DNA of 64,000 nucleotides, taken from the NCBI GenBank assembly GCA_034666985.1, contig JAXDKS010000039.1, positions 9,087 through 73,086 on the forward strand. The letters are read 5' to 3'. The DNA is from Acidobacteriota bacterium. GTDB lineage: Bacteria > Acidobacteriota > Thermoanaerobaculia > Multivoradales > UBA5704. The notes beneath the pieces are model-generated. The model was given only the letters and a program-made list of their open reading frames with translations, searched no databases and was not told where the DNA came from. The stretch's first letter is position 1, and every line of letters starts with the position of its first letter. The position numbers and the translations under genes are program-made. This document shows, piece after piece, positions 54,859 through 63,803 of this stretch.

Positions 54859-55640
54859 GCCGGCCCATGGATTTCGAGCCCAGGATCGACGGCCTGGACC
54901 TCTCCCTGTTCGCGGCCATCGACAGTCAATCCGACGACGGCGACAGACGCTCGTGGCTGGCGCTCCAGCGGCTGGTGAGGCGATGGAACGGGTCGTACGT
55001 CTACCTGGAGATCGGCTCCTATCTCGGGGGCAGCCTTCAGCCGCACCTTCTCGATCCCCGGTGCCGGAGGATTCTCTCCATCGACAACCGGCCCCTCGAG
55101 CCGCCCGACGATCGCGGCCAGCGGTTCCGCTACGAGGACAACTCCACGGCGAGGATGCTCTCCAACCTGCGGGCCCTCGATCCGGATCAGGTCGCGAAGG
55201 TCGTCACCTTCGAATCCGATGCCCGGGACGTCGATCCGGCACGCCTCCCGGACCGCCCGGACCTGTGCTTCATCGACGGCGAGCACACGAAGAGCGCGGT
55301 GGTGAGCGATTTCGATTTCTGCGCCCGCGCCTGCTCTCCCCGCGCCATCATCTGTTTTCACGATGACTGGGTGATCTATCTGGCCCTGGCCCGGATCATC
55401 CGCACGCTCCGGAAGCAGGGGAGACGTTTCACGGTTTTCAAGCTCCTGGGCTCCACCTTCGCCATCGCGCTGGGAGAGACGGCCCTGCCGGAGGACGACT
55501 TCATCCGCCGGATCGCGATGGACGGCCGGAGGTTCATCCTCCGCGAGCGCGTGCGCCGGCTCCTCAAGCGCTCCATCCCGGCCGCTCTGGTGCCCCTTGC
55601 CCGGCGCGTGCGGAGACTTTTCAATGACGCGAAACGCTAA
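54855..55640 (+). CDS. class I SAM-dependent methyltransferase (Methyltransf_24-like)
   Basis: It is in an ATGA overlap. YLEIGSYLGGS and LCFIDGEHTKSAV resemble O-methyltransferase family 3 / Methyltransf_24 proteins. Confidence 0.55.
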   Translation: MSRPMDFEPRIDGLDLSLFAAIDSQSDDGDRRSWLALQRLVRRWNGSYVYLEIGSYLGGSLQPHLLDPRCRRILSIDNRPLEPPDDRGQRFRYEDNSTARMLSNLRALDPDQVAKVVTFESDARDVDPARLPDRPDLCFIDGEHTKSAVVSDFDFCARACSPRAIICFHDDWVIYLALARIIRTLRKQGRRFTVFKLLGSTFAIALGETALPEDDFIRRIAMDGRRFILRERVRRLLKRSIPAALVPLARRVRRLFNDAKR

Positions 55641-57162
55641 CGCAGCCCTGGGGGGGACGGATCGGGGCTCGCGCACCCTGCGCTGGCTGGCCCTGGGGCT
55701 CTTCCTGACCTATTTCTTCACCTCGTCGGGAGGATTCGAGGTCAGCGATACCTCCATGCGCTACTTCACCGCAAAGTCGTGGCTCGAGGGACGGGGCGGG
55801 GCCCTGCCCGCGGAGATGGGATGGACCGGTGGCCCCGTCGCCGACGACGGCCGGGTCTTCTCCATCTACGGTCCCCTTCAGGCGGTGCTCATGGTGCCCT
55901 ATCTGGTGGCCCTCCGCGCCGTGCCGGCAGGGCACGTGGACCGCTCGGTGCTGGAGACGTTCGCCATCTCCCTGGGGCTCTTCCCCCTGGTCTCCACCCT
56001 GGCCATGGCGGTGCTCTTCCTCGCGCTGCGGGGGCTCGGCCACCCGCCGCGGATCGCGCTCCTGGCGACCCTGGGGATCGCCCTCGGGAGCCTCTTCTGG
56101 CACTACGCCCGCATGGGGCAGGAGGAGAACCTGGTCGCGCTCGCCTACGCCCTGTGGCTCTACGGCGCCGCCCGCCTGACGAACGGCGGCCGGCTGCCGG
56201 CGACCCTGATGGCTGGCGGCGCCACCCTGGCCCTCGCCACCCGCTGGGCCACGGTGCCCGCCCTGGCGGTGCTCCTGGCGCTGTCGCTCTATCTCCTCTA
56301 TCGCTACCGGCGGAGCGTGGCCCTCGGCGATCTGGCCCTCGGCGCCGGCCTCGCCGCGACGGGGGTCTTCCTCCTCCTGTGGTGGAACCACTACCGCTTC
56401 GGGAGCTGGCTGGAGACGGGGTATGGGCGCTGGAACGTCCACCTGCACCAGCACATGTTCCTGACGGACGGCTATGGGGAGCATCTGGCGGCCCTGCTCG
56501 CCAGCCCCTACCGCGGGCTGCTCTTCTACTCGCCGATCCTCATCGCCGGCATCGCCGGGGTGTTCGCGGCCCGCCGCGGCTCGACGTCACCGACGTCGCG
56601 GCTGCTGGGCCTGGGGGCCCTGGGGGTGCTGGTGGTGACGCTGCTCGTCCTCGCCGGCTTCCGCTACTGGGCGGGGGGCCACTCCTGGGGGCCGCGCTTC
56701 CTCACGGCGCTGCACGTGCTCTTCGCCCCGGCCCTGGCGAGCCTCTTCGCCCACCGCCCCCGCACGGCCCTGCTGGTGCCCGCTTGCGCCGTGCTGCAGC
56801 TCTTCTCCACCATGCTGCCGGCCTCGACCGAGGAGTACGTGCGCTTCAACATGGACCGGGCGCGCCCCGGCGCCTGCAGCGACTGGACCCCGCAATGCAC
56901 GGCCGTCGTCCAGCGCATCCCCCGGGCCCTGGCCGCCGTGGCCCACACCGTCACCGGCGACGGTGGCATCGTCCTCTCCGGCCGGCCGCTGGTGGCCCCG
57001 GACGTCGTCCTTCAGACCTCGGACTACCGCACTCTCTACTGGTGGCCGGTGCGGATGTCGTTCCGCATGGGCGCCCTCCCCCACTGGGCGGCCCTGCTGC
57101 TCTGCGCCGCCGGCCTGGGGGCGGCGGCGTTCTGCCTGCGCCGGGCCTGGCGCGCCACCTGA
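55624..57162 (+). CDS. polytopic membrane protein, GT-C-type glycosyltransferase candidate (ArnT/PMT-like)
   Basis: I prefer ATG 55624 (MTRNANAA). The protein is about 512 aa with at least 10 hydrophobic segments. An N-terminal loop with acidic residues (FEVSDTS) resembles the GT-C first-loop motif. Confidence 0.45.
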   Translation: MTRNANAALGGTDRGSRTLRWLALGLFLTYFFTSSGGFEVSDTSMRYFTAKSWLEGRGGALPAEMGWTGGPVADDGRVFSIYGPLQAVLMVPYLVALRAVPAGHVDRSVLETFAISLGLFPLVSTLAMAVLFLALRGLGHPPRIALLATLGIALGSLFWHYARMGQEENLVALAYALWLYGAARLTNGGRLPATLMAGGATLALATRWATVPALAVLLALSLYLLYRYRRSVALGDLALGAGLAATGVFLLLWWNHYRFGSWLETGYGRWNVHLHQHMFLTDGYGEHLAALLASPYRGLLFYSPILIAGIAGVFAARRGSTSPTSRLLGLGALGVLVVTLLVLAGFRYWAGGHSWGPRFLTALHVLFAPALASLFAHRPRTALLVPACAVLQLFSTMLPASTEEYVRFNMDRARPGACSDWTPQCTAVVQRIPRALAAVAHTVTGDGGIVLSGRPLVAPDVVLQTSDYRTLYWWPVRMSFRMGALPHWAALLLCAAGLGAAAFCLRRAWRAT

Positions 57163-57183
57163 GCCACCTGAGGAGTCTCACGC

Positions 57184-58200
57184 ATGCTGCGCATCGCCGT
57201 CCTGGGCGCGGGCCACTGGGGCCCCAACCTGATCCGCAACTTCCACAACCACCAGACGAGCGAGGTGGCCTGGGTAGTGGACCGCGACCCCGCGCGCCTG
57301 GAGCTGACCCGCGGCCGCTTCCCGGACGTCCGCACGGCGGCCGACCCGGCCGCGGCGCTGGGCGATCCCGCGGTCGACGCGGTGGTGGTCGCCACCCCCA
57401 CCGTCACCCACCACGAGATCGCCGTCGCCGCCCTGCGGGCCGGCAAGCACGTCCTGGTGGAGAAGCCCATCGCCACCACCGTGGCCGACGCCGAGGAGCT
57501 CTGCGCCCTGGCGGAGAGCCGGCATCTCATCCTGATGGTGGGGCACGTCTTCCTGTTCAACGCCGCCATCCGCCGCGTCAAGGACTACCTCGACGCAGGG
57601 CGCATCGGCCGCATCTTCTACATCTCCATGGTGCGCACCAACCTCGGCCCCATCCGCATGGACGTCAACGCCGCCTGGGACCTCGCGGCCCACGACGTGG
57701 CCATCGCCAACGCCTGGCTCCAGTCCCCGCCGGAGAGCGCCGCCGCCCAGGGGGGCTCCTGGATCAACGCCGGCATCGAGGACGCGGTCTTCGCCACCCT
57801 CTGGTATCCGCAGGGCGTGATGGCCCATCTCCACGTCTCGTGGCTCAGCCCGCGAAAGGTCCGCGACATCACGGTGGTGGGCGAGACAGGCATGCTGACC
57901 TTCGACGACATGAACCTCTCCGAGCCCCTGCGCCTCTACGACAAGCAGGTCACCGACACCCGCACGCCGGGTTTCATCGACACCTTCGCCTCCTTCCGCA
58001 CCAGCATCCGGGAGGGCGACATCCAGATCCCGAAGATCACCCCCAACGAGCCGCTCAGGGCCGAGTGCGATCATTTCCTCGACTGCGTGGCCACCGGCGC
58101 GCGGCCGCTCTCCGACGGCTGGAGCGGCGCCGCGGCCGTGCGCGCCCTCGCCGCCATCGACCGCTCGGTGCGCAACGGCGGCCGCAAGGAGACCGTATGA
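57184..58200 (+). CDS. Gfo/Idh/MocA family oxidoreductase (nucleotide-sugar 3-dehydrogenase-like)
   Basis: 338 aa with RIAVLGAGHWG and VLVEKP. It is paired with a DegT aminotransferase through an ATGA overlap, as in the WbpB/WbpE and GnnA/GnnB pairs. Confidence 0.8.
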   Translation: MLRIAVLGAGHWGPNLIRNFHNHQTSEVAWVVDRDPARLELTRGRFPDVRTAADPAAALGDPAVDAVVVATPTVTHHEIAVAALRAGKHVLVEKPIATTVADAEELCALAESRHLILMVGHVFLFNAAIRRVKDYLDAGRIGRIFYISMVRTNLGPIRMDVNAAWDLAAHDVAIANAWLQSPPESAAAQGGSWINAGIEDAVFATLWYPQGVMAHLHVSWLSPRKVRDITVVGETGMLTFDDMNLSEPLRLYDKQVTDTRTPGFIDTFASFRTSIREGDIQIPKITPNEPLRAECDHFLDCVATGARPLSDGWSGAAAVRALAAIDRSVRNGGRKETV

Positions 58201-59309
58201 CCCCCGCGCCCATTCCCCTGGTGGACCTCAAGGCCCAGCACGCCGAGATCGCGGCGGAGGTGGAGGCGGGCTTCGCCCGCGTGATCGGCGAGACGGCGTT
58301 CATCCTCGGACCCGCCGTGCGCGAGTTCGAGGCGGCGTTCGCCCGCTTCTGCGGCGTCCCCCACTGCCTCGGCGTGGGCAACGGCACGGATGCCATCGAG
58401 CTCGTCATCCGCGCTCTCGGTCTGGGTCCCGGCGACGAGGTGCTCGTCCCCGCCAACACCTTCATCGCCACCGCCCTCGGCGTGCTGCGGGCGGGTGCGA
58501 CCCCCGTGCTGGTGGACTGCGACGCCTTCTTCCTCATGGATCCTGCCCAGGTCGAGGAGCGGATCACGCCGCGCACGCGGGCCCTCCTCCCCGTCCACCT
58601 CTTCGGCCAGATCGCGGAGATGGAGACGTTGCGCGAGATCGCCGCCCGCCATGGCCTCGCCCTGCTGGAGGACGCCGCCCAGTCGCAGGGAGCGCGGCGG
58701 CACGGCCGGGCCAGCGGCTCGCTGGGCGACGCCGCGGCCACCAGCTTCTACCCGGGCAAGAACCTGGGCGCCTACGGCGACGGCGGCGCCGTCCTCACCG
58801 CCTCGGACGAGATCGCCGCCGCCGTCCGCAAGCTGCGCAACTGGGGGAGCGAGCAGAAGTACCACCATCCGGAGCTGGGCTTCAACTCGCGTCTCGACAC
58901 GCTCCAGGCCGTGGTCCTCGCCGCCAAGCTCCGGCGCCTGGACGCCTGGAACGAGGCGCGTCGCCGGGCCGCAGCCCGCTACGACGGGCTGCTCGCCGAG
59001 CTGACCGGCGTCGAGACGCCCCGTACCCTCCCTGGCAACGAGCCCGTCTGGCACCTCTACGTCGTCCGCGTGCCGCGGCGGGACGAGGTGCTCGCGCAGC
59101 TCAACGCCGAGGGGATCGGCGCCGGCATCCACTATCCGACGCCCCTCCACCTGCACGGCGCCCTGCGCCACCTGGGCTATCGCGAGGGGGACTTCCCCGC
59201 GGCCGAGCGGGCGGCGCGGGAGGTCCTCTCCGTGCCTCTCGATCCCCACATCACCCCGGAGCAGCAGGAGCGGGTGGCCGGCGCCCTGCGGCGGGCCCTG
59301 AACGGGTGA
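58197..59309 (+). CDS. DegT/DnrJ/EryC1/StrS family sugar aminotransferase
   Basis: From ATG 58197 the 370-aa product has GVGNGTDAIEL and the PLP-lysine context SFYPGKNLGAYGDGG. The 1176-aa track ORF upstream of this ATG is off-frame read-through. Confidence 0.9.
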   Translation: MTPAPIPLVDLKAQHAEIAAEVEAGFARVIGETAFILGPAVREFEAAFARFCGVPHCLGVGNGTDAIELVIRALGLGPGDEVLVPANTFIATALGVLRAGATPVLVDCDAFFLMDPAQVEERITPRTRALLPVHLFGQIAEMETLREIAARHGLALLEDAAQSQGARRHGRASGSLGDAAATSFYPGKNLGAYGDGGAVLTASDEIAAAVRKLRNWGSEQKYHHPELGFNSRLDTLQAVVLAAKLRRLDAWNEARRRAAARYDGLLAELTGVETPRTLPGNEPVWHLYVVRVPRRDEVLAQLNAEGIGAGIHYPTPLHLHGALRHLGYREGDFPAAERAAREVLSVPLDPHITPEQQERVAGALRRALNG

Positions 59310-59320
59310 CGGGCGCGGCC

Positions 59321-60403
59321 TCAGCGCGGCAGGCGCAGCCGCCGCGCCGCCAGCTCCTCGACCGGACCCTCGATCGCCGCGACGTCGGTGAGCACGGGGA
59401 GGAAGTCCATCCCCCGCACCCAGGCGAGGCCGGGGGGCAGCGGGTTGAGCCGCCGCGCCGGCTCGGGGTAGGGCTCGCCAAAGGCCAGCTTGACGAAGAG
59501 GTAGGGGAGGTTCAGGCCGGCCCGGGTGAAGAACAGGTGGGTGGTGAAAAAACGGCCGATGTTGATCTCCGTGGGATTCGGCACTCCCCGCCGGTCGTAG
59601 GTCAGGTCCACGGCGAAGATACCGTGGGGCCGTGGATCGATCGCCTGGATGGCGCGCAGGGCGAGGTCGTCGAGCACCGGGTCGGTCACCGTCACCCCCG
59701 TGCCCGTGATCCCCGTCACCCCCGACGGCGCGCGGTTGCCGAACTCCCAGTACAGGCGCTTGCGCCCCTGGGCCACGATCAGCTCGCCGTCGTCGTAGAG
59801 CGCCGTCCAGGTGATCGAGCCCGGCTCCAGGCACTCGGCGGCGGTGAAGTTCCCCCACCCCTCGCAGAAGTCGATCCAGGCGCGGGCCACGCGCGGGTTC
59901 TCCGCCCGGAAGCTCCCCTTGCCGCCGCCCGGGCTGACGATGGCGCGCAGCCACACGGGAGAGCCGTACCTGTCGAACGCCTGCTCGAGGTCCTGCTCGT
60001 CGCGGACGAGCATCGTCTCCGGCACGGTGAGCCCGGCTTCCTTCCAGCAGCGGAAGGAAGCGAATTTGTCCTGGCAGATCTCGATCGTGCGGTGGGCGGG
60101 CAGGAAGGTGCGGGCCTCCATCTCGTCGCGATGCGCGGAGATGGCGAGGATCTCCTGGTCCGGCTGGCTGTAGATCAGCTCGGCGCCGGACTCCTCGACC
60201 AGCCCCCGGAGGATCGCGATGTAGTCCGGATCGGAGGTCTCGGGCACGAGATGGCGCTCGTCGGTCTCGGCCCGCTGGAGGTAGTGCTTGTTGCAATCGG
60301 CGCCGATGAGATGGAAGGGCTCGGGGCTCTCGCGCAGCGAGCGCACGAAATTCGTGGACGGCGAGCCGCCCGCGCCGGTCACCAGGATGCGTCGAGGCGC
60401 CAT
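59321..60403 (-). CDS. ATP-grasp domain protein (carboxylate-amine ligase type)
   Basis: 360 aa. ILVTGAGGSPSTNF at the N-terminus, CQDKFASFRCWKEAGLTVPET and FAVDLTYD...PNPTEINIGRF fit a PreATP-grasp plus ATP-grasp layout. Confidence 0.6.
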   Translation of the reverse strand: MAPRRILVTGAGGSPSTNFVRSLRESPEPFHLIGADCNKHYLQRAETDERHLVPETSDPDYIAILRGLVEESGAELIYSQPDQEILAISAHRDEMEARTFLPAHRTIEICQDKFASFRCWKEAGLTVPETMLVRDEQDLEQAFDRYGSPVWLRAIVSPGGGKGSFRAENPRVARAWIDFCEGWGNFTAAECLEPGSITWTALYDDGELIVAQGRKRLYWEFGNRAPSGVTGITGTGVTVTDPVLDDLALRAIQAIDPRPHGIFAVDLTYDRRGVPNPTEINIGRFFTTHLFFTRAGLNLPYLFVKLAFGEPYPEPARRLNPLPPGLAWVRGMDFLPVLTDVAAIEGPVEELAARRLRLPR

Positions 60404-60426
60404 ATCGGAGCGGGGATTATAGTCGC

Positions 60427-61146
60427 ATGAGGACCGTCTTCTTCGTCCCCGTCTTCAATCAGGCCCGGGAGCTGCCGCGGGTGCTGGCGGAGCTCGCCGC
60501 GGCCGCGCTCCCGGACGCCCACCTCCTGCTGGTCAACAACGGCTCCAGCGACGGCTCCGAGCGCCTTGTGCGGGAGAGCGGCCATCCGTTTCTCGACCTG
60601 CCGCGCAACCAAGGGGTGGGCGGCGCCAATGCCCTGGCTCTCGACTGGGCCCTGGAGCGCGGGGTGGAGATCTTCGGCAACATGGCCGCCAACGGCAAGA
60701 TGCTGCCGGCGGAGATCCCGCGCCTGCTGGAGCCGATCCTCGCCGGCCGGGCGGACTACGTCACGGGCAGCCGCTTCCTCCCCGGGGGCGGCTCACCCAA
60801 CCTGCCGCCGTTCCGCCGCCGTTCGATCCCCCTCGTCAACCTCTTCGTCCGCGGGCTGACCGGCGCGGCTCTCACCGACGCCACCTGCGGCTTCCGGGCC
60901 TTCCGCCTGGAGATCCTCCGCCGCGCCACCTTCGACTGGCACGCCCCCTCCCTCGCCACCTACGGCCTCGAGTACTACCTCTACGCCAAGGTCCTGCTCG
61001 ACGGCCGTCTGCGCTGGACCGAGCGGCCGGTGACCATGCGCTACCCCGAGGCCGGGCCCTACACCAAGATCCGGGCCGGGCGCGACTGGTACGCCATGCT
61101 CAGGCCCTGGCTGGCGGCGCGCCTCGACGGCCAGGGCTTCCGCTGA
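60427..61146 (+). CDS. glycosyltransferase family 2 (polyprenyl-phosphate sugar synthase-like)
   Basis: 239 aa with FVPVFNQARELPRVL, LLLVNNGSSDGS and VTGSRF. Confidence 0.7.
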   Translation: MRTVFFVPVFNQARELPRVLAELAAAALPDAHLLLVNNGSSDGSERLVRESGHPFLDLPRNQGVGGANALALDWALERGVEIFGNMAANGKMLPAEIPRLLEPILAGRADYVTGSRFLPGGGSPNLPPFRRRSIPLVNLFVRGLTGAALTDATCGFRAFRLEILRRATFDWHAPSLATYGLEYYLYAKVLLDGRLRWTERPVTMRYPEAGPYTKIRAGRDWYAMLRPWLAARLDGQGFR

Positions 61147-61152
61147 CCCGCC

Positions 61153-61803
61153 ATGGTGCACCGGATCTTCCTCGACCTCGACGGCTCCCTGCTGGACGTC
61201 GCGCCCCGCTACCATCGCCTGTACTGCGACCTCGTCTCCCGCCTCGGCTGCCGGCCCCTCGACCTCGCGGACTACTGGACGGCGAAGCGGGAGAGAGTGC
61301 CGGAGCCCGAGATCATGACCCGGACGGGCCTCTCCCCCGAGGCTGCCGCCTGGGCCGCCGCAGCCCGGTCGAGCCGCATCGAGGAACGGCGCTACCTGCG
61401 GCTGGACCGCCTCTGGCCGTGGACCCTCCCCGTCCTCGCGGACCTGGCGCGCCGCGCGCCGCTGGTCCTCGTCACCCTCCGGCGCCACCCGGACCGACTC
61501 CGCTGGCAGCTCGACCGGCTTGGGCTCTCCCCCCGTTTCGAGCGCGTCCTCGCAAGTCGCAGCAACGGCAAGCCCGACGCCAAGGCGGGGCTGATCCTCA
61601 GGGAAGGATTCGCGGATCTGGAGGGATCGGTCCTGGTGGGCGACACCGAGGTGGACGTCGCCAGCGGCCGGGCCCTGGGCCTGCGCACGGCCGCCCTCAC
61701 CGCCGGCGGGCTGCGCACCGCGGCCCGGCTGGCGGCATGGTCACCGGACGCCCTGCTGGAGGACCTCCGCCAGGTCCCCGGCTGGCTCGACTCCCTCTCC
61801 TGA
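61153..61803 (+). CDS. HAD-superfamily hydrolase
   Basis: It has motif I FLDLDGSLLD and a C-terminal VGDTEVDVASG (motif IV-like). Confidence 0.7.
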   Translation: MVHRIFLDLDGSLLDVAPRYHRLYCDLVSRLGCRPLDLADYWTAKRERVPEPEIMTRTGLSPEAAAWAAAARSSRIEERRYLRLDRLWPWTLPVLADLARRAPLVLVTLRRHPDRLRWQLDRLGLSPRFERVLASRSNGKPDAKAGLILREGFADLEGSVLVGDTEVDVASGRALGLRTAALTAGGLRTAARLAAWSPDALLEDLRQVPGWLDSLS

Positions 61804-61811
61804 GCTGGCGA

Positions 61812-62726
61812 TCAGATCCGCGCCGCCCGCCGCCGCAGCTCCGTCCAGGCGAGGTCCCAGGACCGGCACCGGCGGGCCGGCACGGTCTCCAGGGCTACCG
61901 GCGTCTCCCCCGTCCGGTCCGGCGCCCACTCCAGGATCCGAGGCAGGAGGTCGCGCAACGGACTGACGAAGTGGAGCGCCACCACCTCCTCAGGCGCCTC
62001 CACCTCCCCGGGCTCGGGCAGACGGATGCGGCGAGGGTCCCAGAGCCTGCACCCCACCCGCCCGGCGAGCAGACCCCAGGCGGTCTGCTCCATCCACACT
62101 GGCGAAAACTGAAACTTCGGCCGCGAGACGTACCACTCCAGCAGATCGAGGTCGAAGCCCGCGGCCCGGAAGGCGGTGAGGCCGGCGTTCAGCCGCCGGG
62201 GCAGGCGCAGGCCGGGATAGCGCAGCAGGTGCCACGAGCGGATCGAGTAGGCGTTCTGGCGGTCACTCATGAACATCGCGCCGGCCAACGTCTCGCCCAG
62301 GGGGTAGAGACCGGAAAAGGGCCGCAGGAACAGGATGTCGCTGTCGCAGTAGGCCAGCTCGTCGCCGGCAAAGAGCATGGCGTCGATCAGCTTCAGGGCC
62401 ATGACGTTGCCGCGCCGGAAAGCGCGCAGGGCGGGATGGCGGGCCAGGAAGTCCCCGGTCCGCTCGTCGGCCTCGGCGCGGGAGACGACCTCCGGGTCCC
62501 GCAGCGCACCGGCGAGGCGCTCCCGGTCCTCCATCGTGAGGGAGCCGTCGTCATGAAGGCGCAGTGCCAGCTCCTCCGCCGAATGGCGCAGGAGGCTGCC
62601 GAGACAGAGGACGGCCATCTCCACCTGGCGGTGCCCGACGATACTCGTCACGCGGAGCGGACCCTGGACGGCAGGATACATTCTCCTGCCATTGTAGCCT
62701 CGCCTCGTTTGCCTGTTCCTGCGCAT
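61812..62726 (-). CDS. hypothetical protein, possible nucleotide-diphospho-sugar transferase (D-x-D)
   Basis: 304-aa ORF. YCDSDILFLRPF contains a D-x-D-like motif. I do not recognise the family, and the start may be the internal ATG (MYPAVQ). Confidence 0.3.
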   Translation of the reverse strand: MRRNRQTRRGYNGRRMYPAVQGPLRVTSIVGHRQVEMAVLCLGSLLRHSAEELALRLHDDGSLTMEDRERLAGALRDPEVVSRAEADERTGDFLARHPALRAFRRGNVMALKLIDAMLFAGDELAYCDSDILFLRPFSGLYPLGETLAGAMFMSDRQNAYSIRSWHLLRYPGLRLPRRLNAGLTAFRAAGFDLDLLEWYVSRPKFQFSPVWMEQTAWGLLAGRVGCRLWDPRRIRLPEPGEVEAPEEVVALHFVSPLRDLLPRILEWAPDRTGETPVALETVPARRCRSWDLAWTELRRRAARI

Positions 62727-62774
62727 CGATTACACTAGGCACCGCCACCCGGCTTCACAGACGGAGATCGCCCC

Positions 62775-63794
62775 ATGGATTGGAAGAATCAGAGTGTCCT
62801 CGTCACGGGCGGGGCCTCGTTCATCAGCTCGCACCTCATCGACCTTCTCGTGGCGAAGGGCGCGCGGCGCATCCGCGTCGTCGACGACCTTTCGAGCGGC
62901 CGGCTGGCCAACGTCCAGCAGCACATCGACTCGGGGGTCGTGGAGTTTCACCGCGAGGACCTCCTGGCTCCCGGCGTGGCGCAGCGCATGGTGGCGGGGA
63001 TCGACGTCGTCTTCCACCTCGCCGCCATCCACGGCGGGCGGGGCTTCGTCGATCTGCACCAGGCCGCCTGCGCCCAGAACCTGGCCATGGACGGCCTGCT
63101 GGTCAAGGCCGCCCACGAGGCGGGCGCCGGCAAGTTCGTCTTCGCCTCCTCGGGCTGCGTCTATCCCAACCACCTCCAGGGGGACGTCGACCAGGAGCTC
63201 TACCTCGCCGAGGAGATGGTGGGTCCGCCCTATGACGCCGACAACATGTACGGCTGGGCGAAGCTGATGACGGAGATGACGCTGCGCGCCTACGCCCGGG
63301 ACTTCGGGCTCAAGGCCGCCTCCTGCCGCTTCTTCACCGTCTACGGCGAGCGCGGAGTCGAAAACCACGCCGTCATCGCCATGATCGCCCGCGCCTTCGT
63401 ACGCCAGGACCCCTTCGAGGTCTGGGGCGACGGCACCCAGATCCGCAACTGGACCTACGTCGGCGATATCGTCAGCGGCATGGTGCGCGCCGCCGAGACG
63501 ATCGACGACGGCACCGCCGTCAACCTCGGCACCGAGGAGCGCACGCGGGTGATCGACGCCGTCCGCGAGGTGTTGCGCTACACCGGCCACGAGGCCGAGA
63601 TCAAGCTCCTCCCCCACATGCCCACCGGACCGCTCAACCGCGTGGCCAGCAACCGCCTGGCCCGCCAGCTCCTGGGCTGGGAGCCGCAGGTGAAGTTCAT
63701 GGACGGCCTGCACCGCACCATCGACTGGTACTTCTCCTCCCGGGAACGCGAGACCGTCAGCGGCTACCTCGCCGGGATGCTCACCGAACGTTAG
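62775..63794 (+). CDS. NAD-dependent epimerase/dehydratase (extended SDR)
   Basis: 339 aa with VLVTGGASFISSHL, SSGCVY and YGWAK (Y-x3-K). Confidence 0.85.
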   Translation: MDWKNQSVLVTGGASFISSHLIDLLVAKGARRIRVVDDLSSGRLANVQQHIDSGVVEFHREDLLAPGVAQRMVAGIDVVFHLAAIHGGRGFVDLHQAACAQNLAMDGLLVKAAHEAGAGKFVFASSGCVYPNHLQGDVDQELYLAEEMVGPPYDADNMYGWAKLMTEMTLRAYARDFGLKAASCRFFTVYGERGVENHAVIAMIARAFVRQDPFEVWGDGTQIRNWTYVGDIVSGMVRAAETIDDGTAVNLGTEERTRVIDAVREVLRYTGHEAEIKLLPHMPTGPLNRVASNRLARQLLGWEPQVKFMDGLHRTIDWYFSSRERETVSGYLAGMLTER

Positions 63795-63803
63795 CCGATT
63801 GCG

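Noticed and set aside
55779-59309. 1176-aa plus-strand ORF that would be the largest protein in the window
   Set aside because: Only the last 370 aa (from ATG 58197) look like a real protein (DegT aminotransferase). The rest is an Arg/Gly/Pro-rich alternative frame over the GT-C-like and oxidoreductase genes, as expected in stop-poor GC-rich DNA.
60415-60426. TATAGT hexamer as the -10 box of a leaderless GT2 mRNA
   Set aside because: The hexamer ends only 3 nt before the ATG, too close for a start site at or before the start codon. No further evidence supports it.
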